A stretch of 64,000 bases of DNA from Eutreptiella sp. 'Long Island Sound 2002'. Lineage: Eukaryota > Protista > Euglenida. The number at the start of each line of letters is the position of its first letter. The first letter of the stretch is position 1. Under the pieces are notes generated by a model. That model was not told the origin of the DNA, did no database searches, and worked only from the letters and a program-made list of their open reading frames with translations. Positions 58,600 through 64,000 of this stretch are shown here, piece after piece. The stretch lies in the NCBI GenBank assembly GCA_964036045.1, contig OZ038378.1:4154001-4218000 (forward strand), read 5' to 3'. Made by a program: the position numbers and the translations under genes.

Positions 58600-61500
58600 T
58601 CGGATGTTGCGATGGCACAGGCCGGCGAGAGCGGCTCCACGGGATCTAACGGGTGAAGGGCCATTGAAGTGGCGAGGACGTGAACTGATTGTTTGTGTTC
58701 CCAAAAACGATCGTGCACCGTTGCATTATTACGTGCCCAGGCGTGTGCACAATTGAGTGTATCACTGCCAAAGAGCCAACCTATTATGTCAGTATCGACG
58801 CACACAATTAATGCCAAGATGCGGGTGAGCAGATTGGCTGCATATATGAGCGCAGATGCGCTGCCATTCACATCATTCCTGCGTGGTCCCGGGTCACGAT
58901 GTCCGCCTGGTTTCTGATGCTACAGGCAGTGTTGTTGCATGTGTCTGCATGTGCCCCGTCTCTTTCAAGGTCGATTTCTTGCCTTCAAATGGTGGAAGAA
59001 GCTAAACCAACTGCGGAGGTTGAGGAGGCGCTTGGGGTTCTTCATCTGAGGTAGCCACGTGACGACCTGTGCATCTGAGCTTGGGGAAAGGATTTGAACA
59101 ACACAATTGAAAGCCCAGACAAAGATGGGCCAATTTTATCAAGTTCTCCATGCCGGGCTACCTGCCCAAATCACTGGGAGTATGGCAGATATCCCCAACA
59201 GACCCCCAACACCCGTCCCACAACAAAGAATAGGCATGTGATGGTGACCGCCCGATGCCTCATGATACTCTACATGACTGTAATTGGACTGGCTGGCTGT
59301 AGTCCTGCAAGCTAACACCACCACTGCCACTACCAGGAGAAACATCACGACCGCTAGCATCTGGCAGAGAACGCTCATCCTACGGCACTGCAACGCACTT
59401 GTCGGGGACTTTGCAGGTGAACAGATGAACAGGTTGAGGTTGAGGGAGGCGAAAGCTAAGGCAATGCAGAGGTCTAGCGGCCTTAGCAGCCAGCTAAGCC
59501 ACGAAGGATGTCCATGGACGAAGTAGGGGCCAAAAGCTTGCAAACGCATGGCTCACTGATGGGGCAAAAGGCATCTTAAACCAGAGAGAGACCCACACAC
59601 GACGCACCGTTGTGGCGTCTGCGTCTGTGGCACAAAAGGAGTGTCCCAAATGCAAACCACCATCAGCCATGTGCTGATCAGAAGGTCACACCCGTGCGTT
59701 CTGCGGTGAGGAAACAGTCTGCACCGGTCAGGAAAAGGCATGAGTTCCGGCTGCAGATAGAAGACGTGCACACCATCAGTGCACACACATTGGTCGTGAA
59801 AGAAATGGATCTTTTGCTGCAAATGCAACTCAGGAGCATCTGCCATACTCCCCCCCCCCTTGTCCAAAATCTGCGTCGTCATTCCATGGACAGACACCGT
59901 TGTCCCTTCTGAGACCATTTGTGAGGTCATTTTGTGGTGAACTAGTCGAGCCGCTTACCAGTGCTTCACTAACGCAGCAGTGGAATGAACCATAGATGGA
60001 ACCTGGGTGATTCCGGGGACAGCTGTCCAGGCTGTGCTATTGAGATCTCAGCATCTCGGGCACAAGGAGGGGGACATATTTGAGCTGCTACCGTTCTCCC
60101 GGCCGCAGCTGAAAGGTCTCGGTGACAAAAGCTGACCCATTTCTTTTGGTGCAATGTTTGTTCTCCCACATTTGTCATCATCAAACCATCCCCCATGCCT
60201 TGAAAGGAGGGTTGGCCCATTGGGTTTTTGACAGTTGCTCTTGCACTGCTTCGTGCGGGGTCGCCCTTGTTAGAGTAGAATCCTCCACCCACATCAGAGC
60301 AAACCAATGGCAATGTCAAACATGAGCAGCAAAGCACCCCCCCTCTTTTTTTTTTTTCGAGTGATTGGGGTTGTTTTGCATGATTTGCAGGCTGCAGATG
60401 CTGCATTATTTGCTCCGCTGTTTGCTATGTTGTATTACAGCTTGAAGCCAATTCAATCAGGGCAGCCACATGGGAATGACTAAGTGTGAAGCATGCCGGT
60501 GCTGGCATGGAAGGGAGGCCAAGGGGCAGAAGCAGCACTTGTAGGTAGAGGGACAACCGTCCCACTCTCACCTATGTCCTGAAAAATTCTTTTCCCCAGT
60601 GGCCTGGGACAAGCAATGCAGACAATTTCCCTCTGAAAACGCAAGGCAGTGAGCACACCTGGAAAGACTGACCGGAACACTTAACCTTTACGGCAAACCC
60701 TTCGCATGCATTACTTATGGGACCATGACGTTGATACTTTCCGTTTTACTGTTGGCAAAGCTCTTATAAATTTTGCTCATGCTCCTCTTTTTCCTCTCTC
60801 TGTTTGGCTGCTGATTTTAGGGGCAGGCTTTGGGGTTTGGGGCAATAAGGGACGCTGGGAATGCATGAATCATCTCCCATATCCCGTTTCCAACGCAAAG
60901 TGCCACCAAAATCATGGAGTAAGCCCCAAATCACATCGCCAGCCTTTGCCCATGCAATATGTAGGGCACGATTATCAGAACAGTGCATGCATCCACTGTT
61001 TGGACAAGCACCTGTTTGGAAGGGGGGGGGGGATTGGATGTGTTGCCAGGATGACGGTTTACTCTGGGGTGCGCATGCACATTCAGCAGATATGGTCGAA
61101 ATTTCAAGAATGCTGATCTATGGCGGTATGCCGGTAAGGCTTTGTGTAGTGTGTATTTTGTAGATTACTGTGTGTATGTTGTGTATTTTGTGTGTGTTTA
61201 TTGATCTTTTCAGCATGAAAATGCTCAGCCTCGTTGTTTTTGGGGGACCTGGAGGATGCCCATTTGTGTTTGGTACAGTGCATGGATCCGTTTGGATAAA
61301 AAATCTTGAAAAGCCTGAAATCTGGACTGAACAGGCTGTTTTGCACCAGGAAAGCACATATATCTGAGCACCATTGCATGGATATTTCATTTGCTACCAT
61401 TTGACGTATTTGGTGAATGTCTGTCACGTTGTTATCCTTGCACTCTGTTTTGCATGCTGGGGCGCCGTTTCTATGCGCTGTTGCATGCGTCCAGTGCACT

Positions 61501-61645
61501 CTGTTTACAGGCACGTTTCCCTGACTGCATCCCTCCGCCAAACCCTCCCTCTTGTGCCGGGGTGCAAGTGATCTGTAAACCGAAGGGGTGGTGTATGAAG
61601 AGAGCATCTCCCATATGACTCATACTTCCAGCAGCACACAGCACA

Positions 61646-64000
61646 ATGCCCGCAACCCGCAAGCCTGTCGTCGGGGGTAACTGGAAATGCAACCCCGATT
61701 CCATGAAGAAGCTTGATGACCTCATCGCCAACATCAACGCATGCGACACCAGCAAGTGCGATGTGTACGTGTGCCCATCGCCCCTGCACGTGGCCTACTG
61801 CAGTGGGAAGTTCACCAACGGGGCTTTGGTGACGCCACAGAACTGCAACTTCAAGGGCTGTGGTGCGTTCACTGGGGAGATGGCTGTGGAGCAGATGAAG
61901 GACATGGGCATTACACAGGTATGGGGAGGGACTGGTAGGGGCGAGGAGGCGGGGCGACAATGAAATCCTCGGAAATGCAACTCGCTCTAGGAACGTGCGG
62001 TTTGGCGGTTGTAAATTTGCATTGCCGGGCAGTGGCAACGGCTGCTCAAGAAGTGGTGTTCTAGCTGATCCTGGGAGCTTTGGGTGCCACTCAGCCCGGG
62101 TACTATGGTGTGGTGACCACATACCGTCAGCCACATGGAAGAAAGGTTCCCAGGCAGCTGCTCTCCAACCGATATTCGTTCAGCGAGGTAAGAGATGCAC
62201 AGAACTCCAGGGTTTGTCATTCCTCTTCGGCCCTCGACTGTCACCCACAGATTGATGCCCAGGCAAAGGGGTCATGGATCAGGGGGCGAGGGCTGGTTGA
62301 GGAACGCAGGGCAAAGGGAGGCCGGGGGCTGAAATACAGGTGAGGCTGACGTTCTGCATCCACGGTACATTTGTAGCAATGAAGAGGACCTGTGTGCACA
62401 CCTCTCTGCAGGTGCTTCACCTTTCGTGCTTCTTGGATCTGTCCGTAAATCATGGCCTTAAAAATCCTCCCGGTGAATATGGCGTTGGGAATGGGCTTTT
62501 TCTGCTGGTTTGAGAAGCATGAGGTGAACACCATGTGTGGTGAGGCCTTTGGATGTGGCTGTAGAGGGGGACTGCCAGGGATCCTGTTACCCTTCGTCCA
62601 CTGCCGTTGCCGCTGTGGTCTTGTGCCCTTCTTATCATGCTGGTGCATCCCAAATTCCCCTGCAGGTGCTGATCGGGCACTCTGAGCGCCGTGGTGAGTT
62701 CGGGATCTTCCCCATGGACAACAACGACACACTGGCCATCAAGCTCAAGTACATCCTGGACGCTGGCATGAGCTGCGTGTTCTGCATTGGGGAGCCCAAG
62801 GAGATCCGTGAGAAGGGCCTGGATGCCGTGCTTGCGGAGATGGACGTGCAGCTGTCGCAGATCTACAGCCTGCTCGATCCCGAGAAGGTGTGCCTGGATG
62901 TTGTTCGTGCCCCCAACTCTCCATGTCTCAAATGTCGGCCCCGGTGGTTGGTGCTATGTGATTTGAGGTTGCTTGCACTTTGGCTGTCGGTGTGCCATCT
63001 TTGCCATGGGGTGCGTTGCAGATCCAAACATACTATTGTGTTGGTGACGCGTTGTGTATACACGCGCGGGTGCACGCGCTACCGCCCGTAGTGGTGTTGT
63101 GCCACACACATGATCCTTGGGGCCTTCGGCGCTTCGGGTCCTTTGTTCCTTCTTTGTGTTCAGTCGTCATGTCCTCAGGCAGGTTGCGCCGGTTTCGAAC
63201 CAGAGATGCATGGGGCGGAGCTGTCGGGCGCGGTAGGGCACGCGAGCATGCATGTGTGTGCTTGTGCGCTGTGGGATGGTTTAGTGCGGTGCGTTTGTGG
63301 CGATACGTCCATATGGGGTGGTCAGGATGGTGGGGAGGGGTCCCTGCAGGGGCAAAGAACTTCGGACTGATGAGTTGAAGTGGTGCAGCAGGAACGTAGG
63401 AGTTGGACCCTGCAGCTTGTGCCTGCCTGGCATGGAATCGGAGGTGTTTGAGGTGATGAGAGACAACATAACAATGACCTGGATCGCCCCTCCACTGTGG
63501 GCCCCTCCCTGGCGGAGACAGCGGCTGTCAGGCCAGTATGGGTTGCCTGAAAAGTTGCGAGTTGTCAGCGACCCCCGAAGACCTGGTCACAGCAAAATGT
63601 CCTCCTTCCATACGAACCCCAGGGGTGGGCATAAGAAGGGGTCAGTCTGGGGGTGTATGTATGTAAACCCACAGGTACACGTTGGAGTAGTACACGTCAG
63701 CACCCTTTCAGCCTCAGTAGCCCCTGGTTTGGAAGGGAAACACTCCAATTTAGGGATGGGTAAGGCCAGAGTGGCAGAAAGTAGCTTCGCGTGTGCACTG
63801 CACTCAAAGTCAAAGGCACTCTCTCGATTATCTCTTCTCTGGGGATGGGTTTGGCTGTACAAGGCACACACCACCACTTCGGCCCCTGTAGTTCTGTAGT
63901 TGATTGTCGAACTGCAGCAGGTATTTGTGTAATGTGCATCGGAATCTTTGGGCGTTGCCCATTGAGGTCACACCAAAATGGCTTGTCTTGTAGTTGCGGC
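61646..64000 (+). CDS. TPI: Triosephosphate isomerase, copy 5 (partial; window ends in intron 2)
   Basis: Exons 61646-61918 and 62666-62887; exon 3 is expected just beyond the window. Confidence 0.95.

Overview
Repeat-rich eukaryotic (protist-like) nuclear DNA: GT-AG introns, TTAGGG-type telomeric repeats, no operons, and no rRNA, tRNA or CRISPR that I can support. I cannot identify the organism from the sequence. Positions 1-38.6 kb are mostly decayed mobile DNA. This includes two degenerate non-LTR (LINE) reverse-transcriptase remnants, three fragments of a Harbinger/ISL2EU-like DDE transposase with a C-terminal Cys/His zinc-finger, and a ~41-bp satellite that switches strand. It also has several short TIR elements with readable target-site duplications, one of which carries an internal (TTAGGG/CTAGGG)16 tract. 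One long intact ORF (27803-30325, minus) encodes a mucin-like single-pass membrane protein. From 38.66 kb to the window end is a head-to-tail tandem array (unit ~5.67-5.78 kb) of a 3-exon triosephosphate isomerase gene: 4 complete copies plus a fifth cut by the window edge. The four complete copies encode the same 259-aa protein, and copy 5 matches over its two exons present. All motif alignments were done by eye; no database searches were run.
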